Origin: Squalus acanthias
Taxonomy: Eukaryota
Direction of reading: 5' to 3'
Length of the DNA stretch: 64,000 nucleotides
Assembly: GCA_030390025.1 (NCBI GenBank)
Contig: CM059432.1
Coordinates: 81,966,001-82,030,000, forward strand
Below the pieces are notes generated by a model. That model saw only the letters and a program-made list of their open reading frames with translations, had not been told where the DNA came from and did not search any database. Every line of letters begins with the position of its first letter. Within the stretch, counting starts at the first letter, position 1. Positions 12,842 through 25,100 of this stretch are shown one piece after another. Both the position numbers and the translations under genes were made by a program.

Positions 12842-13026
12842 AAAATGAGAAGTCGCACAACACCAGGTTATAGTCCAACAGTTTTATTTGAAATTACGAG
12901 CTTTCGGAGCGCTGCTCCTTCGTCAGGTACAGTGAGGGAATACAAATAAAACTGTTGGACTATAACCTGGTGTTGTGCGACTTCTCATTTTTGTCCACCC
13001 CAGTCCAACACCGGCATCTCCGCATT
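12842..13026. mobile_element. Penelope pLTR-only insertion with inverted pLTR arrangement
   Basis: ~50-bp perfect inverted repeat (12841-12890 vs 12943-12992); TSD CTGTAAGTAA at 12832-12841 and 13027-13036; right part matches the 3' end of 14032-14613. Confidence 0.85.
12893..12930 (-). ncRNA. Minimal type I hammerhead ribozyme motif (Penelope pLTR)
   Basis: Minus strand: TAC-CTGACGA-A-GGAGC-AGC-GCTCC-GAAA-GC-TC^GTA; conserved core, 5-bp stem II, palindromic AGCT stem III. Confidence 0.7.
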
Positions 13027-14031
13027 CTGTAAGTAAGTTTATCCTCATTCAGTTAAAGGTGAATTCCTATTAGAAGCATCCTTGGGTTAATTAGGGATAA
13101 TTATTCTCTATAGATTGGTCACTGTTTGCAAATCAGAGGCTCCTCACCAAGGCAAGAAAACGCAAGAGGAAATTCTCAGCTTTCTTTTTTCATAATATTG
13201 AAGGTTGTTTTGCACCTGTAAGAAATATGACACTTTGAAGTGTGTGTCTGAAGTATGATGGATGGACTGTAGAAAAAAAATTATATATTTATTATATATG
13301 TGTGAGCATATATTATATATAAAAATATATCTGTTATATATTACAAAGAGTGAGTGGTCACAGCATTCTAATAGCATTACACCTGTAGGTGGCAGTGTGA
13401 GAGTAACATTATGTGACTCATCAATTTAAGTGGGGTTCCCCTTAACATTATGTGACCGTCAATCAACTACCGTTAATCTGCATCTTAGAGCTTTTACTGC
13501 AATTCCAAATATTTGCCACTGAGTGGTGCTGCACCAGTATATTTGTATATTTGCTGGAGCATGGCAGACATCTTGGTGAAGGTGAGTAAATTTAAGTGTG
13601 TTTTACTTTGTCCATCCTGCCTACAAAAATAATGTATGAACTCCACTGTCACCTAATTTTTTTGATCGACACAGGTGAATCATGGTCCTGTACCACTTCA
13701 GCCCATGACCCTGCTGAATTTTATCTCCATGGCCATGTCAAACTTAGCCCTGACAGCCCTGAAAACCCAGCCGCATTTTCCTGCTGGCCTTCCTGAACCT
13801 GGGCCTGACGACCCTCATGAACTTCGACCCAGCAGCTTTTGTGCAGTTTTCCTGTTGCCTCTGCCGCACTTTGAGCCGATGGGCATTCCAAACCTGGGCC
13901 CAATGCTCTACTTGACACCCCTGCTCGATGGTCATAGGCACCTCCCCTGTTGGCTCCGCCTCACGGCCTCCCTGAACTCATGCCCAACAACCCGCCTCAG
14001 CGTTTCATAGTGGGTCCTGCCAAACTTTACC

Positions 14032-14613
14032 TTAGGCAACCTTAGAAACACACGACAACGCAAAATCATCGAGCAGAAACTGATAGCCAAGTTCCGCACT
14101 CATGAAGACGGTCTCAACCGGGATCTTGGGTTTATGTCACGATACATGACGTGATCCGGACTCGAGTCGTCGTTGGCTTGTTCACAGATGTGATTCCCAG
14201 TAAAAAAGTAAACATTTTCCCAGTAAAAAAGTAAAAATTTTAAAGCTTTTCGTTTTACATACAGACGGCAGCTTTTGACACGTTAGACCCCCTGCGACTC
14301 CACCTCATTGTCTCAGTTGTATCTTGCTATGTCTTTGATGTGGTACCTTCCTGGCTGACCTGATTAACTTTATCACACCTCGGCAGATAATCAGGATGAT
14401 TTAATTTAGTTGTCTGCAATTGTAAAGTACACATGCTTTGTTCTCTATCTATATATGCTTTGGCGATTCTGTATCTATTTACTTCACCTGAGGAAGGGGC
14501 AATCGATAGCTCCGAAAGCTTGTGATTTCAAATAAAACTGTTGGACTATAACCTGGTGTTGTGCGACCTCTCAATTTTGTCCACCCCAGTCCAACACCGG
14601 CATCTCCGCATCA
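14032..14613 (+). mobile_element. 5'-truncated Penelope retroelement (GIY-YIG C-terminus, 3' UTR, pLTR)
   Basis: Encodes GNLRNTRQRKIIEQKLIAKFRTHEDGLNRDLGFMSRYMT*; pLTR with hammerhead and AATAAA; TSD AAACTTTACC at 14022-14031 and 14614-14623. Confidence 0.85.
14484..14525 (+). ncRNA. Minimal type I hammerhead ribozyme motif (Penelope pLTR)
   Basis: TCAC-CTGAGGA-A-GGGGC-AATCGATA-GCTCC-GAAA-GC-TT^GTGA; stem I TCAC/GTGA, stem II with one G-U pair. Confidence 0.7.
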
Positions 14614-15657
14614 AAACTTTACCCTGACAGCCTGTTCATACTTCTCCCAATAGCCGTGCTGGAACTACTGATCCTGTGGCTGTCACATCGCCTAAAGCTT
14701 TGTCCAGCAGCCATCGCACATCTTTTCTGACGGCTCTGTTGCTCCTTGGCCCAAAGGCCTTCTTGAACTCCAGCCCGATGGTCCATGACAACAGTTCATA
14801 GATGACGTTAGTAACAATCATGAGAGCTAAAATAATGTCAACTCATTCATATTGTCTTCGTATGATACAAGTCCTATTGTTCTACTTAATAACTGCCATT
14901 AAAAATTGATCTAATATCTGAGTAATCCCTGTTAAACAAGTTTGAAGAGGGAATCTCACCATCAGTGAGCTTTATAAACTCTGAGGGAGGAATCTTCTGG
15001 TTGACACATGGTTGAGCTTACCACTGCCAACAGCTATGCTGTATAACATTAATAACAAATGGGATATTGCGGTCGTTTGAAATTCCTCTGCCAGCTATTA
15101 CAACTAAGACATTAAATGGTCTAAAATAAATGAGTTTATGCCTTCATTAATATAGCTGTCAAAGGAATTTTATGCAAATATGTTAATTGATTTATTACTA
15201 ATATTGTACAATGCAATTTTAACTCATGGTGCCGGCCACAACTATTTTCCCAAAACAGCAGTGAAGAAGAAAATTGCAAAAATTCTAAAATGTACCTAGT
15301 AGTCTGCAATTTAGATCATTGAGGTTTACAGCAACATGTCTGGACATAATCAGATAGGCAGGATATCTCATCAGTCGCTGTGAACTATAGCAGCTAAAGA
15401 CCCATAACTCACTAGTGCCCCAGGCTCGAGTGATCTATGACTGTCATTCACATTAGTGTCTAAGCACCTGGAATTTTCCATTGTAGGTGGTACTTTCTGT
15501 TTATTCTCTGAGCCAAAATCTAGAAAGAATCATGTGCGACTAGAATTTTCAAATGTCACACATTGCTGCAGACTGGATTTTATTGACTATGACATTATCA
15601 GTCAGGGCCATAGAATATCTTCAATGTTCCACTTTTCTTCTGATGAACAGAGTGCAT

Positions 15658-16612
15658 GGCCGGAATTTTAACCTGGAGGCATGTCAGGGGGGCAGGAAAG
15701 CGGTCGGGAAACCCGGGAGAACGGGTTTCGGCAAGGCCTGATTTGCATTTTAAAGCTCTGTTTCCTGCCCACAACCAGCCAGATGGAGAGGCTGACTGAC
15801 TGCGAGCAGGTAGGTCTGCGGCACTAGGCCACAGAGATGAAGGAGGGAGGGGTCGGGTGGAGGCCGGTGGGGGTGGGGGGAGGGCGGGGGCGGGGGGCCG
15901 GAGGAGGATCGCGGTGGGGAGAAGCATCGGGCCAATTGGAGGAGGATCGGTGAGGGGGGGTGGGGAAGAGAGAGGATCGGGGCCGACTGGAACAGGATTG
16001 GGGGGACGGGTAGAGAGGATCGGGGACGACCGGAGGTGGATCGGTTGGGCGGGGTGGTGGGGAGGGGGAGAAGCATCAGGGGTGGGGAAAGATCGTGCTG
16101 GAGGAGCATCGGGGCTGGAGGGGGGAGTCTGGGAAGGTGATTGGAGGCCTCGTGGGGGGAATCGGAGGCCTTGGGGTGGAGATCGGAGGCCTGGGGGCGG
16201 GGGGGAAGATCAGAGGCCTCGGTGGGGGGAGGGGATCAGAGGCCTTGTGGGGGCTCTCTGATCGCGGGGGGTTGGTGAGGCAGGGACGCTGGATCCGGCA
16301 GGTGAGTGTAAAGGCACTTACTTCCTGGATCCAGCAGTCCTCGCCTTACTTTAGCTGGCAGGTTCCCCGAGGCCTGAGAAACCCGAACAGCCAGAATTGA
16401 ATTTGTAATGGTGGTTAAATCTGAGGCATGCCAGCCTCATTATTATATTTAATTGAGCGACCCACCTCCTGGCAGCGGGTTGGCTGCCCACCCCCGTCCC
16501 GCCTCTATTAAAACTGGAAGTGGGCAGGTTAGGGTCGGGATTCAGTTTTTTTTAACACTTTAACCTCCCACCTGATCCCAACCCACCTGTTTTTTGGAGT
16601 TAAAGTACCCCC
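15658..16612 (+). mobile_element. Harbinger-like MITE family B with G-rich interior
   Basis: Ends GGCCGGAATTTTAAC / GTTAAAGTACCCCC; CAT on both flanks; 16335-16560 is shared with 20885-21140. Confidence 0.7.
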
Positions 16613-16656
16613 CATGTTTCCAGAGTTGTCATTGTGCTCTGTCATTGGAACATACC

Positions 16657-17381
16657 AGCCTAGGAACTCGATGGTGGCGCACCATTTTTCAGGCACAAAA
16701 TGGGTACCTAAGCATCCAATATGGCGGGCGGGGTGCACACATTCATGACGCACTGGAAGTGTGCCTTCCACCATCTTGGAGAAGGCAGACAAAGGGGCAG
16801 TCAGGGCCCACATCTGAATCAGGTGCTAAACTCTTTGCACATGCAAATAAGGGGCCCAACACCTGTTTCAGGCGCCCTATGCAAAATTGGGCTGCCCTGA
16901 AAGCAGCCGAGTCAGGGTGCATGTGACTGAAGCAGCAGTCCTTAAAGGGACCACTGGAGTTCACCACCAAAAAGATACGTTTACTTTAAAATACTTACCT
17001 GAATGTGGAGCCAGGAGGAGCAGGAGTGCAGGAGTGCAGGCAGGAGTGCTCCTCCGAGCTCCACTGCAATGCTGAAGCTCAATCCCCTCTCTCCTTCCCG
17101 ATTACTTCCCCTGCCTTTGACCCCCCTCCCCCCCCCCACCCTGATCACTGGACTCCCCTCACCCAGTCGCCCCCCCCAACCCCGCCGGTGATCCAGCGGC
17201 TCAAATTGAAATCCTCTTTACCGTCGAGCTGCCTGGAAACGCCCAGGTGTCTGCAGCTGACCGGTCTCATGTAAATGAGGCCCAAGTCCCAATATCAGGT
17301 GTGCCTTGAGCCTACTGGTGCAGGGATTGTTCTCTGCACCCAGTTTGTGGCGGCCTGCCAACAGGAACCAATTTCTAGGCC
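16657..17381 (+). mobile_element. Harbinger-like MITE family C, copy 1
   Basis: Ends AGCCTAGGAACT / AATTTCTAGGCC; flanks ACC/ACT; internal blocks (GTCCTTRAAGGGACC, TGTGGAGCCAG...GCTCCAC) shared with 49859-50503. Confidence 0.65.
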
Positions 17382-18411
17382 ACTGTGTTAGGGAATGACT
17401 GTGATAGACGCTGAATAAATGTCTAAAGTCCTCACACCTTCACAAAAGTCCCTTGCTCTGTTTTTGGTGGATTGTATTTAACCACCGTTAAATTACAGTA
17501 CGCTTTATATCAATTATGTGATTAGCTCTTACAACATTGTAAAACAGCTGGTTTACTCACTTGGAATGTTAGAATTATGAACCATTTTTATTGCAATAAT
17601 GATTTCCAACTGAAATGCTTTTGGTTCCCAATGTTTACATTGTAGCAGGGGATTTTAGAGCACAGGGGGCAGTGGGAAGCAACTGTGCAAGCTTGAAACA
17701 TGCAACAGTTGAACACTTGTTTTTGCAACATACGTTTTCTGCTCAAGGAAGGTCTGTGGAGGCAGCAGTGCTGAGAGCTTAGTGTATCTGTGGGTTTGTG
17801 CAATGACGGCATGCAGCGGGCAGCCTGTGGCACTCTCTGCGATGCCTGTTTTATGTTTCCTGCCATTAATGCTTTGTCTCTGGCAGGGCAGAGAAAAGCA
17901 ATGCCCAGCCCCACCACCACTCTTCCTATCACTACATCCTACCACCAAAGACTGACAGAGAAATGGACATCTTGGACAGCTAACATCCACCGCAGCCTGC
18001 AGATCATCAGGAAAATCATAAAAATATAACACAAACAAACAAGTTTAAAATATATATTTATCTGCCACTTCCTTCCCACTGTTGATACCACAAGCTGAGA
18101 CACAAACCTTGTTGGGCACATTGGAGCTCATAAAATGGGGCAGAATTTTCTACTGCTCAATCATAGCCTGTTTCTTTTAAAGGGGACCTCATCCAAATTG
18201 CAGTATTTCCAAATTAAGTTAAAATAAAGATCTTCGAAACAAATCCTAATTTTTATTATTTCAGATTTCCAATCTATTTGCAGCCTGTTCCCTATTGTTG
18301 CTGTCTTCACTGCTGTTTTTTTTTACATACAGGGATAGCATTTTACAAAACAGAAATATCTGCTCGCAGTATCCCTTTAATACATTTTGATGAAAATCCC
18401 GAGTGTTTCTT

Positions 18412-18880
18412 ATAGAATCATAGAATGGTTACAGCATTGAAGGAGGCCATTCAGCCCATCGAGCCCGTGCCGGCTCTCTGCAAGAGCACTTCAGCTAGTC
18501 CCACTCCCCCGCCCTTTCCCCGTAGCCCTGCAAAGAATTTTCCTTCAGGTACTTACTACATTACAACAGTGACTACACTTCAAAAAAGTACTTCATTGGC
18601 TGTAAAGCACTTTGGGATGTCCAGTGGTCATGAAAGGCGCTATATAAATGCAAGTCTTTCTTTCTTTTTACTTATCCAATTCCCTTTTGAAAGCCACGAT
18701 TGAATCTGCCTCCACCACCCTCTCAGACAGTACATTCCAGATCCTAACCATTCACTGCGTAAAAAAGTTTTTCCTCATGTCGCCTTTGATTCTTTTGCCA
18801 ATCACCTTAAATCTGTGTCCTCTGGATCTCGACCCTTCTGCCAATGGGAACAGTTTCTCTCTATCTACTCTGTCCAGACC
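18412..18880 (-). mobile_element. CR1 LINE 3' fragment
   Basis: (ATTCTATG)n CR1 tail at 18412-18426 on the minus strand; upstream encodes RKNFFTQ*MVRIWN-like ORF2 C-terminus. Confidence 0.8.
18556..18668 (+). mobile_element. 5'-truncated Deu-SINE tail nested in CR1
   Basis: Matches the 3' end of the SINE at 8712-9167 (CATTGGCTGTAAAGCACTTTGGG...GCTATATAAATGCAAGTCTTTCTTT); TACTTA duplicated at 18550-18555 and 18669-18674. Confidence 0.75.
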
Positions 18881-20289
18881 CACGTGTTAATGTGTTGTTT
18901 ATTTGTCATTACAGATTCTCTCATTGGAGATAATCGTGTTTAATGGAAGCCCAGGCACTTCATCATTAATCACCGACTGATATGTCAAAGCCTTAAAAAG
19001 AACTGGGAGAATACAGGGGGAAAGGTATGAAACTATAACTATTTTCAACAGTTTTATGCTGGACACAGATATAGCAGTGTAGTCATGAACCCTTAGAAGG
19101 TTTTGCAGAAAATTGCCAAGAGTGCTGTCAACCTGAAATATAGCAGTTAGATATGAAATGCAAGCAGTAGGAACTAGAATTATAAAGATGCTGGATCACA
19201 CTGCCATTTGTGAGTGCTTTAATTTTAGAATGATTTTGAAAATGTTTGTTAACTTTGCACCAGGGTTGATTTTCCATACTGTTGGTTTCAGAATGATCAA
19301 CTTGAATCCTAGAAATATACTAAGTGAAAATATAGCTTGAATAGTGGTAAACCCGGTACTTCTTGTTCACCATACAGTGTAGAATACTGTAAGTTGAAAG
19401 CATCAGCACCCTCATGAATTCTGCACAGAGAGTGTAAATTCTAAGAAATTCTTCCCGCTAAATATAAAGGATGTGCTTCCTTATTTCTCTCTTCTGAATG
19501 CTTTTAGGCTGAAGTTTAATGGAAGGCTTTTCCACAGATAGCTTGATTTCTTTGCTCAAGTGATAGAATGGTTAAAAAGAACGCACTCAGTTAAAGTGAT
19601 CTGCAGGCGTTTGAGAAGGTGACAATTTAACAGGATTATCAAGTCTATCAGTACTGCTTCGGATGAATTGTGGTCTTTAATTTTGATGGCGTATGTCTGT
19701 CACCAGTGAGTGGGGTTTACAGGACTTTTCAGTTATTGTATGCTTGTGAGAATCTTCCTGTTCAACGACTGCACGGCATAGAGATTGTCTGTTGTTCCTC
19801 ATATTTTTCATCACATGGAAAATAATTTTAAAGTTCTTAGGAGGGGCAGCAATTTATAGTTCTGAATGTTCCAATTTACCCATAAAGTTCAGTCCATAAA
19901 CTGAACTGGCAGCTGGGAGCAAGAACCCTACCCATTTTTATACCCCTCCGATCTCCCTACAGAAGTGATGGGTAATAATAATAATAATAATAGTGATAAC
20001 AACAGCAACTTGATATGGCACCTTTAGTGCTTCACAGACGTGTAATCAAAAAATGAACACTGGGTCACAGTAGGAAATATTAGGATGGCTGACCAAAAGC
20101 TTGGTCAAAGAGGTTAGGTTTTAAGGAGGGTCCTAACGGAGGAGAGGGAGGGAGAGGCGGAGGAATTAGTTCCAGAGCGTGGGGTCTAGGTGGCTGAAGG
20201 CACAGCACCAGTGATGGGGCAAAGGCAGGTGGGGATTCACAGGAGGCCTGAATTGAAGGAATAGAGGCCTGAACATTAATAGGGAGGCG

Positions 20290-21140
20290 GGTTGGGGGTG
20301 GGGGGGCTCAGAAGCGGTAGGGAAACTCGGGGTGGGGGGGGCGGTGGGGTGGAGCACAGGGAGGGCCGGAGGAGCCTGGGGTGGGGGGTGGGGGGGGTGG
20401 GTGGTGGGGTTCGGACCGATCAGAGGGCCGGAGGAGCCTGGGGTGGGGGTGTGGGGAGGGAGGGTCGGGACCGGTCGAGGGCCGATGTGGCTGATCGGAG
20501 GGCTGGAGGAGTAGGGGTGGGGAGGGAGGGTCGGGACCGGTCGAGGGCCGATGTGGCTGATCGGAGGGCTGGAGGAGGAGGGGTGGGGAGGGAGGGTCGG
20601 GACCGGTTGAGGGCCGATGTGGCTGATCGGAGGGCTGGAGCAGCGGAGGGCGGGGGGCGGGTAAGGCATCAGAGGGCTGGAGGAGCGGGGGTGGGGTTGT
20701 GGGGGGGGGGTGGGTGGTGGGGTTCGGACCGATCAGAGGGCCGGAGAAGCCTGGGGTGGGGGTGTGGGGAGGGAGGGTCGGGACCGATCGAGGGCCGATG
20801 TGGCTGATCGGAGGGCTGGAGCAGCGGAGGGCGGGGGGCGGGTAAGGCATCAGAGGGCTGGAGGAGCGGGGGTGGGGAGGGGGCAGTCCTCACCTTACTT
20901 TAGCTGGCGGGTTTCACAAGGCCTACAAACCCCGACCAGTTACAGTTAAATTTAAAATGGAGGTCAAATCTGAGGCATGCCAGCCTCATTATAATATTAA
21001 AATGGGCGACCCGCCTCCTGGGAGCAGTTTAGTTACCTGCCGCACCCCCCCCCGCCCATCCCGCCCATCCCGCCTCGGTGAAAACCGGAAGTGGGCGGGT
21101 TGGATGCAGGTTGGGGTCAGGATTCAGACTTTTAACACTT
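20290..21140 (+). mobile_element. MITE family B copy (termini not visible) with an expanded 66-bp G-rich minisatellite
   Basis: GTCGGGACCG units at 20464, 20530, 20596 (66-bp period) and 20777; 3' part collinear with 16335-16560. Confidence 0.7.
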
Positions 21141-21141
21141 T

Positions 21142-22198
21142 GGCCGGAATTGTCCGGGGGGGTCAGCGGACGGGATCAGTGGCGGGTCGGGTGGGAAATT
21201 TGATTTTTTGATAGCGGGTCGGGAACCCGCTGTCATCCCGCTGCAACGCAGCTTTCCCAATGGCGCGCCTGTCATCGCTGAGGAGACCCGACAGGCAGCG
21301 GCAGGCGACCCAATTAAACTCATTATAATCTACTTAACAGGCTTTTTTAACTTACTTTTTAACTTTAATTTCATGGCCGTGGGAACCACGCTGTTCAGGG
21401 ACGATATCTGTCAACCTGAGGCGGGAGTTCAGTGGCCATTGCTCCAGCTGATTCCTTGACAGCTTCAAATGTACAGTAAAAGCTCCCACCTGACAGATGA
21501 TCACTTTCCTCAGCCACAAGCTGTTCCTCACTGCATTTTCAGAACAGAATCAGCAGGCTGCAAGTATTTCCACCAAAGTCTCCATCCAGCCTCACGTCAT
21601 TACCTCTCTCACCATTGACAGATCGCTTCTGTCATCTGTACTTCACCTGCCATCTATTCCATCGACATGGGTACCATCTATACAGTCTCAACTTGGTCCT
21701 CAGAATCCTACCACGATCAGCCCCAACACCAGCAGCACCAGGCACACCAGCAGCACCAACAACAACACCAACCTTCTCCGCAATCACCTGTTGCTGCACA
21801 GGACAGAGGCATCAGCACCCGACCACATTGCTGCCCGGGAGGCCAGGGACGGCCTCATCATGGCCAGATTTACTTAACATTACCCTGTACCCATGTGATG
21901 CGCCAGGTTGGCACCACCCCACACCAACACCATAAAGCATCCTTACAATGCCCAAGCCTTTCACACTCATCACCATTGCGGGGGTACCGTTCTGTCTCAC
22001 CTTTCACTGCAACTCACTAAAAGTGCACACAAATCTGTCCAAGACAGATGAAAATAAAGAATTCAATGTTTGACAGCACATTAAGACAAACTTTACATAA
22101 ACATTGAATAAAACACCCAAATGGCTACCCTTGTGAGTTGTTAGTTGGTATGATTGCACGAGGATGAGGGTGAGTGTGAGGGGTGGCTAGTGAGATGG
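21142..22198 (+). mobile_element. Internally deleted Harbinger derivative, transposase side, right end truncated
   Basis: Starts with TIR-like GGCCGGAATT; residual ORF ends HIAAREARDGLIMARFT* (cf. transposase end GRVVHQRLIASRF* at 54337); 22063-22200 matches the reverse complement of 60763-60891. Confidence 0.6.
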
Positions 22199-25100
22199 GG
22201 TTGTAGGGCTAGAGGAGACCATGAAGGGATTTAAACTTTAGGATGAGAATTTTACTTTTGAGGTGTTGGGGAACTGGGAGCTAATGTTGGTCAGCAAAGA
22301 TAAGGGTGATAGGTGAACGGGATTTGGCGCGGGATAGCAGACGGACAGCAGAGTTTTAGATGGGCTGAAGTTTAGAGATGGTGGAGGAAGATAGGCCAGC
22401 ATGGTATAGTCAAGTCTGGACATGACAAAGGCATGGATGAGAGTTTCAGCAGCAGATGAGTTGAAGTAGGGGTGGAAACGGGTGATGTTACAGAGATGGA
22501 AGTTGTCAGTCTTTGTAATGGGAAGGATATAAGGTCAGAAGCTCACCTCGAGGTCAATTAGGATGCAGAGGTTGCGAACAGTCTGGCTCAGTAACTGGGT
22601 AGGGGATGGAATTGGTGGCAAGGGAACAGGGTTCATGGTGAGGGCTGGAGACAATGGCTTTGATCTTCCCTGTAATATTCTAATTATGGAATTATGTAAT
22701 CCGCATACTTTCTGTCATTTGTGACATAATAAAGCTGGCAGCCAGAGGGCTTTTAAAAAAGCAGAAGATCTGTGCAATTTCTGAAATTATTAACCACAAA
22801 GCAGCTACTCGCAACACTAAGCTGTGGCAGGACTTCATGGACTGCGGCCGCCAACCTCCACCCCTTTTAAGCTGCACCACTGTACACAGAGACTGCACAT
22901 ACTACACACAGACTGCACACACTACACACAGACTGCACACACTACACAGAGACAGCACACACTACACACAGACTGCACACACTACACACAGACTGCACAC
23001 ACTACACACAGAGACAGCACACACTACACACAGACTGCACATACTACACACAGACTGCACACACTACACACAGACTGCACACACTACACACAGAGACAGC
23101 ACACACTACACAGAGACAGCACACACTACACACAGACTGCACACACTACACACAGACTGCACACACTACACACAGACTGCACACACTACACACAGACAGC
23201 ACACACTACACACAGACTGCACATACTACACACAGACTGCACACACTACACACAGACTGCACACACTACACACAGACTGCACACACTACACAGAGACAGC
23301 ACACACTACACACAGACTGCACACACTACACAGAGACAGCACACACTACACACAGACTGCACACACTACACACAGACTGCACACACTACACAGAGACAGC
23401 ACACACTACACACAGACTGCACACACTACACAGAGACAGCACACACTACACACAGACTGCACACACTACACACAGACTGCACACACTACACACAGACTGC
23501 ACACACTACACAGAGACAGCACACACTACACACAGACTGCACACACTACACACAGACTGCACATACTACACAGAGACTGCACACACTACACACAGAGACA
23601 GCACACACTACACACAGACTGCACATACTACACACAGACTGCACACACTACACACAGAGACAGCACACACCACACACAGACTGCACATACTACACACCGA
23701 CTGCACACACGACACACAGAGACTGCACACACTACACACAGACTGCACATACTACACACAGACTGCACACACTACACACACAGACTGCACATACTACACA
23801 CAGACAGCACATACTACACACAGACTGCACACACGACACACAGAGACTGCACACACTACACACAGACTGCACATACTACACACAGACTGCACACACTACA
23901 CAGAGACAGCACACACTACACACAGACTGCACATACTACACACAGACTGCACACACTACACACAGACTGCACACACTACACACAGACTGCACACACTACA
24001 CACAGACTGCACACACTACACACAGACTGCACACACTACACACAGACTGCACACACTACACACAGACAGCACACACTACACACAGACTGCACATACTACA
24101 CACAGACTGCACACACTACACACAGACTGCACACACTACACACAGACTGCACACACTACACAGAGACAGCACACACTACACACAGACTGCACACACTACA
24201 CAGAGACAGCACACACTACACACAGACTGCACACACTACACACAGACTGCACACACTACACAGAGACAGCACACACTACACACAGACTGCACACACTACA
24301 CAGAGACAGCACACACTACACACAGACTGCACACACTACACACAGACTGCACACACTACACACAGACTGCACACACTACACAGAGACAGCACACACTACA
24401 CACAGACTGCACACACTACACACAGACTGCACATACTACACAGAGACTGCACACACTACACACACAGACTGCACATACTACACACAGACAGCACATACTA
24501 CACACAGACTGCACACACGACACACAGAGACTGCACACACTACACACAGACTGCACATACTACACACAGACTGCACACACTACACACACAGACTGCACAT
24601 ACTACACACAGACAGCACACACAACACAAAGACAGCACAAACTACACAGAGACTGCACACACTACACACAGACTGCACACACTACACAGAGACAGCACAC
24701 ACTACACACAGACTGCACACACTACACAGAGACAGCACACACTACACACAGACTGCACACACTACACACAGAGACAGCACACACTACACACAGACTGCAC
24801 ATACTACACACAGACTGCACACACTACACACAGAGACAGCACACACCACACACAGACTGCACATACTACACACAGACTGCACACACGACACACAGAGACT
24901 GCACACACTACACACAGACTGCACATACTACACACAGACTGCACACACTACACACACAGACTGCACATACTACACACAGACAGCACACACTACACAGAGA
25001 CTGCACACACTACACACAGACTGCACACACTACACACAGACTGCACACACTACACACAGAGACAGCACACACTACACACAGACTGCACACACTACACACA

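Larger units (their letters stand above)
20000..22670 (-). mobile_element. L2 LINE 3' portion split into two pieces (~20000-20270 and ~22198-22670)
   Basis: 22200-22670 encodes SAAETLIHAFVMSRLDY-type L2 ORF2 C-terminus; 20000-20270 resembles the L2 3' end; DNA-transposon sequence lies between them. Confidence 0.65.

Noticed and set aside
13380..13400. CTCF-like site CCTGTAGGTGGCAGTGT
   Set aside because: A single motif match with no supporting evidence; expected by chance in 64 kb.
15598..20950. Pro- or Gly-rich ORFs over the G-rich tracts (also 9841-10324)
   Set aside because: Low-complexity artefacts of G-rich MITE interiors, open on both strands.
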